Below the pieces are notes generated by a model. It was given only the letters and a program-made list of their open reading frames with translations, was not told the origin of the DNA and did no database searches. A stretch of 64,000 nt of DNA, from NCBI RefSeq assembly GCF_006345805.1, contig NC_043010.1:23002001-23066000 (forward strand). Direction: 5' to 3'. Numbering within the stretch: the stretch's first letter is position 1; the number at the start of each line of letters is the position of its first letter. Made by a program: the position numbers and the translations under genes. This document shows, one piece after another, positions 40,325-53,400 of this stretch. The DNA comes from Octopus sinensis (Eukaryota).

Positions 40325-40378
<54 letters not shown>

Positions 40379-40619
40379 ATATGTATAAAAAAATATATAA
40401 AAATACAAAATGGGACAAGAACGCAAAACATTCAAATAGACGACACAAAAAATGGACGGGTCATTCGAAGCCTCTAATCTTCATCCGTACCCATGTACTT
40501 ATACACATATATGGACATATACGTAAATACACATACATGTACATGTATGCATATATATGTGCATACAAAGACACATGTATTTCTATGTATATGTGTGTGT
40601 GTGTGTGTACGTGTGTGTT

Positions 40620-40840
40620 TTCTGTTACTTGTTTCAGTCATCTCACTGCGGCTATGCTGGAGCTCTGTCTTCGGTCGAACAAATTGACCCCAGGACTTAT
40701 TCTTTGTAAGCCTAGTACTTATTTTATCGGTCTTTTCTGCCGAACTGCTAAATTACGGGGACGTTAACACACCAACTTCGGTCGTCAAGCGATGGTGGGA
40801 ATGGGACAACCACACACACATATCTACGAAGGGCTTCTTA
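40620..40840 (-). mobile_element. SINE family A, reverse tail
   Basis: TTACTTGTTTCAGTCAT..GCGGCTATGCTGGAGC..CTTTGTAAGCCTAGTACTTATT. Confidence 0.75.
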
Positions 40841-41151
40841 TACGTATATACATGTATATACATGTATATATATACACACACACTTATATATGTATATCAC
40901 TATGCATGTGTGTGCGTTGTGTGTGTAGAGGGGCTTTGCTGTTTTTCTCCCTAGAAAGATACATAAGTAAACAAATGTTAATTCCTAATATTTGAGTTTC
41001 TAGACGGCTTCCTTCCTTCTGCAATATCTGGTTACTGTTGACTTTGTTGTTGTTGTTGCTGTTGTTGTTGTTTTCGTTGTTGTTGTTCTTCTTGTTCTAT
41101 TTATCTATCTACCTAGCTAGATAAATAGATCAATAGAGTGTGTATATATGC

Positions 41152-41200
<49 letters not shown>

Positions 41201-41327
41201 TATATATATATATATATTATATATATATCTATATGTATTATATAGTACGTTTATATATTTGTTGTTCAGATTTTTTATGTGAAGTCGTGTGTTGAAACAT
41301 ATTATTATATTTCGGAATGGTCATATA

Positions 41328-41390
<63 letters not shown>

Positions 41391-41657
41391 ATAATATATA
41401 TATATATATATATATATACATGTGTGGTGTGTGTGTGTGCGTGCGTATGTGTCTGTGTCTGTATATATATATATATATAATAATATATGTATATGTATGT
41501 ATATATATATACAGACACAGACACATACGCACGCACACACACAACACCACACACACATATATATACAAATATATATATCTGTTTCTCTCTCTCAGTTTTT
41601 CTCTCTCTCTGCCCACTCTCTTTCTCTCTCTCTCTCACTCACTCTCTCCCTTTCTCA

Positions 41658-41696
<39 letters not shown>

Positions 41697-42120
41697 GTCT
41701 GAACTAATTATCTATCTCTCAGCAAATATCAAGTATAATATAAACCCAACAACCAGATGTTGATAATTAAGAGTACAAATCCTAGCTTTTAGAGCTGGGC
41801 TGGAATATGTATATGTGCAAATATATATGTATGTGTGCAAAGATGATTCTACGTCTGTATAAATGCACACACTCACAAACAGACATACACACGCAAGCAC
41901 ACACACACAGGTAATGTATGTCGTATACATATATACTTATATATACATATATATTATATATATATATATTATATATATATATATGTGTGTGCATGTGTGT
42001 ATATGTAAATGTATATATATATGTATATATATGTATGTATATCTATCTATATATCTTTATCTATCTATCTATCTATCTATATTATATATATATATTATAT
42101 ATAATATATTTAAGTGTATG

Positions 42121-42152
<32 letters not shown>

Positions 42153-42949
42153 ATATATAAACAAATATTTATTTCTATATATATATATGTGTGTATTTGT
42201 ATGTATATGTGCGTGTGTATGTATTTGTATGTATATATACACGTACGTGTGCGTATGTGTGTATACTTTTGTGCCTGGATAAGGTGTGTCTGATATTTAT
42301 CTCTATTAATTCTGACACTTAATGGCGGTGCTGTTATTTCGGGTTTTCTCTCCTTATATTCACCTTTACCGTAAACAGGAATATTGACAAATGAAATCCG
42401 AAACATTTCGTAGCAGGAGAAAGAAAGGAAGAGAGAGTGAAACAAGAGGAGGTTCAGGAAGTGGGGAGCTGGGGGTGGGCGTTAACTTTCATGAAGTCAG
42501 TTATTGTAATCCTGTCCAATTTGACTGGAATCATGGGGGTCTGGCACTTCCTTTGCTTCTTTCATGATTTATGTTATTTTAATTTATCCCAAAGTTTTGT
42601 GCTGTTATAAACCCGTCAGCATTAGACAATGTTTCAGCTAACACACAGTTGGTTCAGGAAGGGCCTTCCAGTTTCCATTTAAATGAAATGAAACTAATTT
42701 TTTTTGATATGAGAATGTGAGATGTTCATGCATTTCGGAAATGAAACTGATGCTGCTGCTGCTGATGATGATAAGTATATTCATGTCTGTCAACATCTCA
42801 CAAATGTATGCTGTATGTGAGTGATTGGTTGAATGGCTAGAAATAGCAACAAGATGTTTCTCAAATCATACACTATCATCTTAATACGAATGTCAGTAGA
42901 AAAGTTCATAGGTTGACTATGGAGTGGTGCTAAAGCTGTGAAATATTGC

Positions 42950-43097
42950 ATGTATTACATTATTTACATTTGACGGATATTCGTCCTCTTCTTGTTTGTT
43001 GTTAACTCAACATTTCGGTTGATATACACTCCAGCCTCCAACAGGTGTCTTGGGGGAAATTTCGAACCTAGGTTCTCATTCCTAAAGTATTTTTCAA

Positions 43098-43099
<2 letters not shown>
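42950..43099 (-). mobile_element. Short hammerhead-bearing repeat (PLE-type), inverted relative to 45047-45234
   Basis: Reverse-complement homology to 45047-45234; degenerate core GACAC-CTGTTGG-AGGCTG..CAACC-GAAATGTT. Confidence 0.6.
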
Positions 43100-43180
<81 letters not shown>

Positions 43181-43187
43181 CATTATT

Positions 43188-43765
43188 CAGTAGTTTTATT
43201 TTTATAGCGTGCTTTCACTTCACTACCGAGCGCAGCTTTGTGTGCCTTGGGTATGTGCTGTGATTTGTTGTGATGCTCTGATGGTTATTGTATGGAAAGT
43301 GTTCTGCGTAGGATGTGTGCAGTGCCTAGTAGTGCAATTTTCTGTATGTTATATGTGTTTGTAAGTCCTGGTGTTTTGTTATGTATTTGTCTGAATATTT
43401 TTTTATCATGCCTAATGCACCTACTATGATAGGAATTGTTTCTGTTTTCAGATTCCACATTCTAGTTACCTCTATTTCCAGGTCTTTGTATTTTGAGAGT
43501 TTCTCCATTTCTTTTAGAGACACGTTGTCATCTGCCGGTATTGATACATCAATTAGAAAGCACTTTTTTTCTTCATGATCTCTGACAACTATATCTGGTC
43601 TGTTGGCCTTAATTTCTCTATCTGTGTCTATCGGCATATCCCAGAGTATGGTTGCTTTCTCGTTTTCTGTGACCTTTTCTGGTGTGTGCCTATACCATCT
43701 TTTTTCTGTTGTTATTCCATAATGTTGGCATAGCTTCCAATGTATGTAGGTTCCAATGTATGTAG

Positions 43766-43767
<2 letters not shown>
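43188..43767 (-). mobile_element. R4/Dong-clade non-LTR retrotransposon, 5'-truncated, inserted in (TAA)n
   Basis: ILWDMPI.TDREIKANRPDIVV...LIDVSIP.D.NV..KE.EKLSKY.DL..E..RMW...IPIIVGALG (REL domain); long (ATT)n on both sides. Confidence 0.9.
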
Positions 43768-43861
<94 letters not shown>

Positions 43862-44415
43862 GAGTGAGAGAGCAGTTCATGCCATCAAAGTGACACTGGG
43901 GTAAAATATACGAAGCCCAATATACCCATCATGACTACCTGTCTGATAAGGGTACACCAGGCACATGCATCACAACCATATGTGCGCGACATGGTGATCT
44001 CATATCAAGATAAACAGTACATGACCATGCAGGTGGGGCTCAGTTAGAATTTTCTTCTGGTTGAGTAGCTCATCCCGCTCAAAAGGTCCCTGAATAAGGG
44101 TTGTTTAAGGATGTTGAAAGAACCACCCATGTTTCCAGAGGTGAATTATTCAAACCCCAAAGAATCCCTCTCAACACATGGCTATGATGCTCCCCCACTA
44201 CTTCTGCTCGTGATTAGAGATGCACATATCGTTAGCCACTAAGGAACATGCTCAACTGGTTAAGGTCAAACAACTGACAAGCAAATCTGTGGTATTGAGC
44301 AGAATATCTGCTGTAGCCCATCTTTTATACCAAGACAAAACAATGTACATGATAACACTTCCAATCAGTTAAGATCAGAAGCCATGAGAGCCACTGCCTG
44401 GTACTGCATCAGGGC

Positions 44416-44417
<2 letters not shown>
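43862..44417 (-). mobile_element. Non-coding ~555-bp insertion bounded by (TAA)n, probable non-autonomous retroelement
   Basis: Sharp boundaries against (ATT)n on both sides, no ORF; strand inferred from neighbours. Confidence 0.55.
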
Positions 44418-44482
<65 letters not shown>

Positions 44483-44505
44483 TTTTGTTGTTGTTGTTAT
44501 TATTA

Positions 44506-44841
44506 TTTCCTTCTTTCTTCAAATTTTCTTCCATTTCTCGCCGAGTGTTTTCCGTACACCTAGGGCAGAGAAGCTCATTGTATGTATTCCCAGACTACAC
44601 ACGCAAATTCACAGGTAAAATATGTATTAAAAAAATAAAAAATTAAAAAATTCATGAATGGATGTTGTTTTCACAACGATAAATGCTATTCTCAGTACAT
44701 GATCCGTTCCAGTTAACGCGATTTTTTGCACTTCCTGTGGGGATAATAAGCCTGGTATCATTTTCAAATAGGTTTCAGTACCTTTTTTTATCATTCCTAG
44801 AGCTCCTACAATCACTGGTACTGTAGTCGCCTTGAGATGCC
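44506..44841 (-). mobile_element. Second, diverged R4/Dong 3' fragment in (TAA)n
   Basis: LKATTVPVIVGALGMIKKG...EVQKIALTGT.HVLR; flanked by (ATT)n/(GTT)n. Confidence 0.8.
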
Positions 44842-44866
44842 TATTATTATTATTACTATTATTATT

Positions 44867-44900
<34 letters not shown>

Positions 44901-44925
44901 GTTGTCGTCGTCGTCGTCGTCGTCG

Positions 44926-44960
<35 letters not shown>

Positions 44961-45001
44961 GCTGTTGTTGATGATGATGATGTTGTTGCTGTTGTTGATG
45001 A

Positions 45002-45032
<31 letters not shown>

Positions 45033-45046
45033 ATTGTTGTTACTGT

Positions 45047-45234
45047 TAACATCGAAATATACCTTAAGAATGAGAACCTAGGTTCGAAATTTCCTCAAGA
45101 TACCTAATGAAGGCTGGCTGGTATATCAGCGGAAACGTTGTGCTAACAACAAACACGATGAGGAGAAATATCCGTCAAATGTAAATAATGTAAATAATGT
45201 ACATAATTCCTCATCTCTTAAATATAGAACTGTA
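45047..45234 (+). mobile_element. Short hammerhead-bearing repeat (PLE-type)
   Basis: GATAC-CTAATGA-AGGCTG..CAGCG-GAAACGTT-GTGCT; homologous to 42950-43099. Confidence 0.6.
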
Positions 45235-45369
45235 CTTGTATGCATTAGTTTCGTCTCTTCTTATTAATATCTGTATTGTTTCTTTCCAGGTAAACTGATA
45301 TCTGACTATTCAGAGAAGACTTCAAAAGTAACTAGTAGCAACTCCTATTGAAAACGGACAAAATTTAGC

Positions 45370-45560
45370 AAGGATATTCATGCTGATATGGTTACTAGAT
45401 TAGGGGATGATGCTCCAGCTTTATCAACGGTGCAAAAGTGAGAAGTTAAATTTAGGACGAGATGGAAGATTCGTGAAGATGACACAAAGTCTGAACGGCC
45501 TGCAACTGCCACCACCGACGAAAAGAGTGATCATGCTATCACATGGTGGTACATTAGATA
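45370..45560 (+). mobile_element. Mariner transposase N-terminal fragment
   Basis: Reads DIHADMVTRLGDDAPALSTVQK*...EDDTKSERPATAT (HTH and GRP-like motif). Confidence 0.65.
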
Positions 45561-45882
45561 ATATTGTCCTGGATGCTCACAACGATGGTCATGGAAGATA
45601 ACTCTTATTGCAATTGGTCTGTTTGATCATGGCTCTCTTCATGTTAAACGAAAATAATAACAAAGATTTTAATGATAATGAGGCGCTGGTGGGGCTCCAT
45701 ATGATTCTTCTTTGATATGCTGGAAAGGACAGCATCATCTTCAAAGCAAGTAATAAGACTGTTTATAAACAATACATCATATACTCTGTTGTATACTTCA
45801 GTGTCAACAGAAGATCGGATCAAATTACTTGCCAGACAAGAACAATTCGAAACCATTTCATTTCGATTTTTTTTGTCTGAAA

Positions 45883-46305
45883 GCGGCAAGCTAGCAGAAA
45901 CGTTAGCATGCCGGGAGAAATGCTTAGGGGTATTTCGTCTGTCTTTACGTTTTCAAATTCCACCGAGGTTGGCTATGCCTTTCATCCTTTCGAGGTCAAT
46001 AAATTAAATACCAGTTACGTACTGCGGTCGATCGAATCGATTGCCCCCTTCCCAAAAATTTTGGGTCTTGTGTCTCGAGTGGAAAAGGATAAAGGCGGCG
46101 AACTAGCAAACATTAGCATGCTGGGCGAAATGTTTAGCGGTATTTCGTCTGTCTTTACGTTCTGAGTTCAAATTCTGCCGAGGTCAAATTTGTCTTTCAT
46201 CTTTTCAGGGTCGATAAATTATGTACCAGTTACGTACTGTGGTCGATCTGATCGACTGCCCTTATCCCCAAAATTTCGGGCCTTGTGCCTAGAATAGAAA
46301 AGAAT
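45883..46305 (+). mobile_element. SINE family B, two tandem copies
   Basis: GCGGCAAGCTAGCAGAAACGTTAGC and GGCGGCGAACTAGCAAACATTAGC units. Confidence 0.8.
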
Positions 46306-46871
46306 ATTTTTATATGGCTTCTTTCATTTTTTTCTTCTTTCACTCATTACACTGCAGCCCTGTTGGGGCACCGCCTTGAAGGATTGTTAGTCAAATGAAT
46401 CGACCCACACCCACTACTTTCTTTAAAACCTGGTACTTATTCTGTCGGTCCCTTTTGTTGAACCTCTACAGGGAGGTAAATACTTCAACACCAGTTGTTG
46501 TCAAGCGGTGACAAGAAAAACACATACACATGGCGCAATATAATCCGTATAGACAAAATTTAGTCGTCAGTATTTGTGTCTGTATGTGCTACAAGCACAT
46601 ATATTGCTAGAAATAGCTGCGTTAAAGCACATTTATATATACTGACAGGAGAGACAACTGTCCCGTGAACAAAGCAAAACTAGAACATTTGACGGCACAA
46701 TTTCACCCCAAAGGGAATTGTCAATAGTGTGCTTCCAATGCCTCCATGCAGCAGTTATCTCCCCTGTCATTGTATATAAATGTGCTTTTGCGCAGCTATA
46801 AGTGGTTTAACTCTTATTACTAGCAATATGTATGCTTGTGGCACATACAGTCACAATTAGTGAGGTGTATA

Positions 46872-46912
<41 letters not shown>

Positions 46913-46959
46913 TATGCATGTGTGTGTGAACATGTATATATATATACATATATACATAC

Positions 46960-46991
<32 letters not shown>

Positions 46992-47036
46992 ATGTACACA
47001 CACACACATACATACTCACACGCAAAGGCACGCGTA

Positions 47037-47092
<56 letters not shown>

Positions 47093-47609
47093 ATGGGCTT
47101 CTTTCAGTTTTTGTCTACCACATCCGCTCACAAAACTTGGATTGACACCAGACTATAGTGGAAGACACTTGGCCATTAGTGGAAGACACTTGGCCATGGT
47201 GCTACGTAGTGGGACTGAACCCCGGGTTCAGTCGTTACCGCAAACCTGTTACCGCACAGCCACACCTACGCCTTATAGAAGACTATATTATAGTCTTAGT
47301 CAAAGTTGGTATTTGGATGCTGGAAAAAATGTTTGTGCAAAAACGTGTACGTAATAGCACCAAAGATTGAAAATTTGTCAGGTGATCCAACGGATCAGGG
47401 ATGGACAGAAGCTTTGGTATGATTTATACGAATCTATTTACAGAAGATCTCGTCTACCAGTAGCGCCTGCCTAAAAAACCAACTCTCACTTATGGTTTTA
47501 CGAAATATCTGCACACAGCAGTCCTCGATCTTCTGGATGATGGTGTTGACTGCTCGGCTAAACAAAGATGAAGGTAAGCAACGAGTTTTAAACCAACGCT
47601 AAAATTATA

Positions 47610-47859
47610 TTGGGTTGGTGCATAATTATTGCGGCTTTTTTCAACAAATTTTATTCAACAAAAACAATAAGAACATGCAACAAAAACATCTTTAAATGAT
47701 TATTCCGGAGCATATTTACCATCTGCTCCAATTACTGCTTCCCATTTGCTTAGCAGGCGGTCAGACCGTCATTTAAAGATGTTTTTGTTATATAGTGTTA
47801 TTGTTTTTGTTGAATAAAATTTATTGAAAAAAAGCCGCAATAGTTATGCACCAACCCAA
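47610..47859. mobile_element. Mariner-derived MITE with ~90-bp TIRs
   Basis: TTGGGTTGGTGCATAA.../...TTATGCACCAACCCAA with flanking TA; the centre encodes the mariner C-terminus LLSKWEAVIGADGKYAPE* on the minus strand. Confidence 0.9.
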
Positions 47860-50002
47860 TATTAGTGCTTGTTACGCTGCACATGCGAAAATTGAATTTC
47901 CAGTGAGTTGCACGAAAGAACCCAATCATCTATGATCAAGGTAAATCGGACATAAAGATGGTATACAGAATCATTACTGTATCTCAAAGCACAGTGAAGG
48001 AGCTAAATTGTTTTGGTCAATCAGATGCCTCCTTGATATATCTCCATTCGCCACGCCAATGGTTCAAGCTGTCACAGACGAGTGAGTGGGGCTGGTCGCT
48101 GGTAAAGCTCTCTTTCTAATCCATGTCTAGTGAAAGTCAAGACTCGAACCTTTTGGAACCACAGAAGGCAATCAGGGATCTAAGTAGCATGTGTGTCTGT
48201 TTTAAAGAAATTCCTCGACTTTCGTGGTTTTCCCGCTCGTGAGGAGACACGGAAGCGGCAGATTCCGTGGAATGGACCAATCACAATTTTCTTGTCATTT
48301 ACATGACTGTCTTCTGCCTTGCTGCTACTCTTTAAGAAGTACCGTCAATTTCTAAGAGGTGACATTTTGGAAATATTTGAAATTAGAGGAGGAAAAGCAA
48401 CGATTTATCTAAATTGACAGTTGGAAATATATACCTCTAAAATTAATGGTGTGGAAGCATGAATATCACAACATCTCATAATGTTTTTATGTGATATATC
48501 AATTGTTATATTGAAATTAAATTATGCTATCTTACACGGTAAATACTTTTTTGGAAAGGTATGCAGATCACAGCATCTATAGTGTCCACACTTACCCCTG
48601 CTAGAAATAAACACAGGACTTGTGTACCATGACAGTTGTTGTGCATGTGGTAAATAGTGTTAAAGCATGTCATGTAGCAAAACGCTTTCGATTCCTGCTT
48701 CAAGCTGTTTCACTTCACTGATCCAATTTCTGCTAATGGTGGAGACATGAACGACATCTCACAATTCCATTCCTGTTCCATAGAAATTGGTGCATGAGTA
48801 AGAATTCCATAATTTGATTGCCGCGTAAGTCCTATTGAAATATATTTTACTTAGAACGTCAAAGACGCCTACAATAGCACATTAAAAATCTCTCAGGGGA
48901 GTATTAATCTAACGGAAGCTAAAAATCTAATTATCAGTCTCTTAATGTCTTATAGTCAAACGAACGAAGATATTAGGAGATTCAGCGAGAGAATAAACCG
49001 CTGTAAAAGCTGGTAGCTTTTGTAGTTTTTAACGCCGGTTAAAACTGCTCTTTATTCTATCACCGATACCACCACTGTTACCACCACCAGCGCCACCACC
49101 AGCATAGTGAAGATAATTTGATGCAATCGTTTTATGTAGAAGGCGTGGGATCAGAGCGCAAGAAATTTAGCCATTCTCCAAGGAGTTAATGTCAACAGAG
49201 AAACTCTTGCATATCTTACCCTGTTTTATTTGATTTTAAAAAGGCTAATAAAGAAACAAATTTTCAAGTTATTCATATCTTTCAGCATAATCCACAGAGA
49301 ACTAAGAGCGAAGATAGCGTTTTCTTTTGCTACAAGAAGAAAATATCCTGGAAAAAGTTTTAATTTATAGACACGAAAGGTTTGTTTTTGAAATGGCGGC
49401 ACACTGGTATATCTCTCAGATATGAAAGCTTTTAGTCAGCATCAGTCAGCCAGAGATTACGGAAATTATAGGCATTTACAGAAAATAAAAAGAAAATAAC
49501 AAAAATAAATAAAGTGACCAAGAGGTATGGAATCTATGTTTGAAGTATATTCTAGCTAAATAATAAACTTTATCATTTTCTACCGGAATTTTCGTTTAAT
49601 GATATTGCATTTTGTCAATTAAATCAGTGTTTATCAGAATGGAATAACTGCTCTTACATCTTGGACAGTTTTGCTCCAACACAGACGTAAATCCAGACTA
49701 CGTCACCAACCCGAAAAGGTTACCCGACTGAATGACCTGAAATCGTCTACAAACACACACATGCTCCAACCTCTTCCTCACGGAGAAGTTCGCTGCTATT
49801 TCTGTCTTTAATTCTCCTTTTACGCTAGTCTCTACTCTTCGCATTGCTGCTCTCGTAACAACCTCCACTTGGGTCTATTCAACACACTCGCCTCTAATGT
49901 TTTGTCGCCTACATTCTGCCTAATCCTCCAACTTTCTCTCGCAGAATGTCGGTCCTTTGGTATTCTTGATCTGTCGCCTGTTTCTGTTTTTTCCTTCCGG
50001 AC

Positions 50003-50160
50003 AACTAGCGTAGCGAAAGGGAGAGCGGACTACCCTGGGTGGCACTTTTGAAGGGGCTGCACTTTTGGGTCTGTTGTCGGCAATATGTGCTTTTTGTGGG
50101 GTCCGGGGGCGGCAAACGGAAGGGCCGCACCAGGCGGCACACACTCTAGCTACGCTAGTG
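50003..50160. mobile_element. hAT-type MITE (158 bp)
   Basis: TIR ACTAGCGTAGC / GCTACGCTAGT; 8-bp TSD TTCCGGAC (49995-50002) / TTCCGGCC (50161-50168). Confidence 0.8.
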
Positions 50161-50451
50161 TTCCGGCCACTCATTTGCAGATTTCCAAGAGGAACACTAA
50201 CTACTTGTTTTCCGAACATAGCAGTTCTGTATTGAAAAAAAAAATGAAAAAAAAGGCATCGGAGGGGCGTTGCATACTCTACGTGCACACAAGGATAAAA
50301 TAAAATCTAATTTAATTAACATATTGTCAGATGAATTCATATTTCAACATAATAGCATCAAGAGTTATTTCCCTTGCTTATCGTTTATGCATATATAAAC
50401 AAAGAAAAAAAAGGCCATTTTGATTCACTCGTCCGCCAGTTTCGAAGATAA

Positions 50452-52100
50452 CACTGGGCAAAAACAAAAAATCATTGTCTGCTACCCAGACAAATGGTGC
50501 TGTACCAAACTAAATCAGGTACGCTGATTCCAAATCTGAACTAAGAATTGCTGTATCGTGTCAGGATTTTGAGTCATGCGCATAATTATATATTAATACT
50601 ATATTAGAATGAGGAACAGTTAAGTCCAAGGTAAATAATTATTATAATAGTATATTAGTACTGTATATAGTATATTTATGTTAGAGGCATTATCATTTTA
50701 TTTGCTATCAGACATCAATTCTCTGATCTCGTGTCCAATGAAAATGCCTGCTTTCAGTTTTGCGTCACTTTTTACTTTTAGGTTCTAGAAGCCCCAACCA
50801 TCGTGACATTGCTTTTACGAAGTTTTTAATGAAGCCGAGTTTGATGTGGTGTGGAAGGAAGATCTTTTACAGATCTACCAGCGGTATATGCTGTACATTG
50901 TACCCACCGACTATGCGCTCATCTCTTTTAGGCCAGACTTTTACAGTGTAATGAATGATGTCGTCGCAGCTGTTCCAAGCACACAAGAAGCACGTGTTTT
51001 TGGTGTATACCAGCTGCAGTCGTAGGAGAAGGGAAATCACCCTTAAATCACCACAAACATTCCACTCATGAACTGAGTAATTAACTCTTTGCTGAATGAG
51101 TTCCCTCGATTCATAAGTTTCTTCCATACCGACATGACCCACATTATGTAACAACACAGCTTTGAGGCTAACCTTACTCGAGCCTATAAACAATCTACAT
51201 TCGTTAGCCATATGCTCGTGTCCTAGATTTTGCATGTGTATATTAACGTCAGTACAGAAACAAACATTATTTCCTTGCTTGAAAAAGACAGATAGGCCTT
51301 CATGGTGAGAACGGAAAATGGAAATTTTCGTACCTTGCTGTAGGAGATTCCGTTGCTGTAGTCTGGATCCCAAAACTTTTGCCTTCTCCTTTGACAATGC
51401 TAGGTCTCTGACTAAATTGTTCAAATCTTGATTTAACAAGCGTGGCTCATTTTTTTAGAATCAACTACGTACTCTTCGAGAATCAAGGGGTTCATCGTGC
51501 GACCTGTCAAGGTCATCAACTGAATCATCGGGGAGAGGAACTGGGACAGGATTCTCGAAGTCATGTGGGACCGGTTTTAAAGTCGACTTACAATCTCCAT
51601 ACACAATTTTCGCTTCGGTTTTCTTTGAGAAACCACTAAAATTAGTCATGCAAAATTAACAATCAGAGACATGCTTGGTTGGCTCACGCCATACCATTGG
51701 TTCCGCAAAAGGCATTCCCTTCCGTTTTCCATTCAGCCACTGTGTAAGCCCTGAGTAACACACGGTGCAGCATATATGAGGTGCCCACCTCTTGTCTTGG
51801 TCTTCAACTTTACACCCGAAATAATATTTATAGGCAATTTTTAATTTGGTGGCAATGTTCTTCCGCTGGTCACGCGAAGCAAATTTTCCACAGACATAAC
51901 AAAAGTCATCTGGGTGACTCACACAGCCTCTCCTATTCATGATCTAACATAATGAACACAGATAAAACAGTAATCACACCGAGCGAGAGATACACATACC
52001 ACACGTGACGGCAGCGTAAACGACACTGAGTTACAAAGAACAAACTGACGTATTTGGCATAGCACACAATACATCAACGCCATCTATTGCTAAACTAAAT
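50452..52100 (-). mobile_element. Chapaev3-like (CMC) DNA transposon, decayed and internally deleted
   Basis: Terminus CACTGGGCAA preceded by TAA; transposase pieces on the minus strand; the other terminus is not clearly identified. Confidence 0.7.
50715..51940 (-). pseudogene. Chapaev3-like transposase, frameshifted
   Basis: C..HPDDFCYVCG..YFGCK..DQDK.WAPHICC..WREP..H..DC; LVRDL.LSKEKA..LGSRL; LFI.SSK.SLKAVLLHN; CGDL; LPP.HIKLG.IKNFVKAM. Confidence 0.75.
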
Positions 52101-52855
52101 AATAAACTTTCTCATCGTTTGTTTTATTGCTGTTATTTAATTTTGAATTAAGACCGCTTTGATTTTAGCAAATTTTATAATACGGCCTATATCTAGCCGA
52201 AAGTATAGTTATAATCTTGCGCATGCGCATAACTCATGGGTTCGAGCCGCTCACCCAATGAGTTAATTGGTGAAAATCCATTCAGCCATTTCCCAGTAAT
52301 TTTGCAAACACACAGATAAACGAGCGACTACAATACCCTGTTTTCGAATACATGTGCAGGGTAAAAATAATCCTCTCTTCATCCATATAATTTTTTTTTA
52401 ATGTGGGATGGAAGAGCAAATAAGAGAAATGATTTATAGAATTTAGTATTTGTGCTTCTCAATATTTGGATTTCGAATCCCTCGCGATTCAACATGGGCT
52501 TTCATCTCTTCTGAACACATAAGTATGCTCAACAGAGATTTATTTTGGAAGTGCGTAAAATCTTATAAATGTCGAGTCGGTTGATCGAACAGGTCCATGG
52601 GGTTTTAAATAATGAGATGATTGTCGTTATGAGTTGATATGTTTATACACACACACACACACACACACACACAAATACACACACAAACACATACACAGAT
52701 ATGACCAATGTATATTTAAAAAAAACCTTCCTTGCTGTTCATTTTCACTTCCTGGATACTATCGGTTGATATCATCTACTCTAGGCATGATTTGAGCAAG
52801 GACTTGCGAGAAAAATTTGACAGACGGAAACTAGGAGGCGCTGTAAAAGGGTAAT

Positions 52856-53070
52856 GCAGTCAACCATGCATACCAGCCTACCCTCTCCCCACCACTGATG
52901 TTATCCAAGGGAAAGTCAATGGGGCCGATACAGCTTGGCACCGGTGATGTCGCAACTCATTTCTACGGCTGAGTGAACCGGAGCAATGTGAAACAAAGTG
53001 CTTTGCTCAAGAACACAACACACAGTCCGGCCCCAGGTAAAAAACTCACTACCTCATGACTGTGAGCTCA
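52856..53070 (-). mobile_element. SINE family C, reverse copy
   Basis: Reverse complement of ~3880-4075. Confidence 0.8.
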
Positions 53071-53080
53071 TATATATATA

Positions 53081-53400
53081 TTAGCAGAGATAGCCGGCGT
53101 TGCCCGTGTTACATGGAATTGAAGAATTCTACTTTTATATTTTCTCTAATGAACTGGAATACCTGCGATTCGAATTTCATCAAAATTGGAGATTAAGAAA
53201 TTTAACGACATATCTTTCCCTCTGTACACACAAACATTCTAACCATGACACCTCATGCTACTCATCTGTGTGCCGAGATTCCAAAATCTAAATCATATAA
53301 AACCTATTCAAAGGCTTTTGCTCCTGAAAAATCGAGCAAATGGAGCTCTAAAATGCGGTAGTTTAGGGTCTCAAAGTCAACCAGAGAAGCTTTTTAACTT
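53081..53400 (-). mobile_element. Helitron-like 3' end (extent uncertain)
   Basis: Minus strand ACGGGCAACGCCGGCTATCTCTGCTAA resembles the hairpin plus CTAG end of 26169-26554. Confidence 0.45.

Noticed and set aside
47156-47197. 21-bp tandem duplication inside a SINE A copy
   Set aside because: Ordinary local slippage with no structural implication.
48880-49400. Possible Tx1/L1 C-terminal relic
   Set aside because: Too decayed to support by eye; would need a translated profile search.
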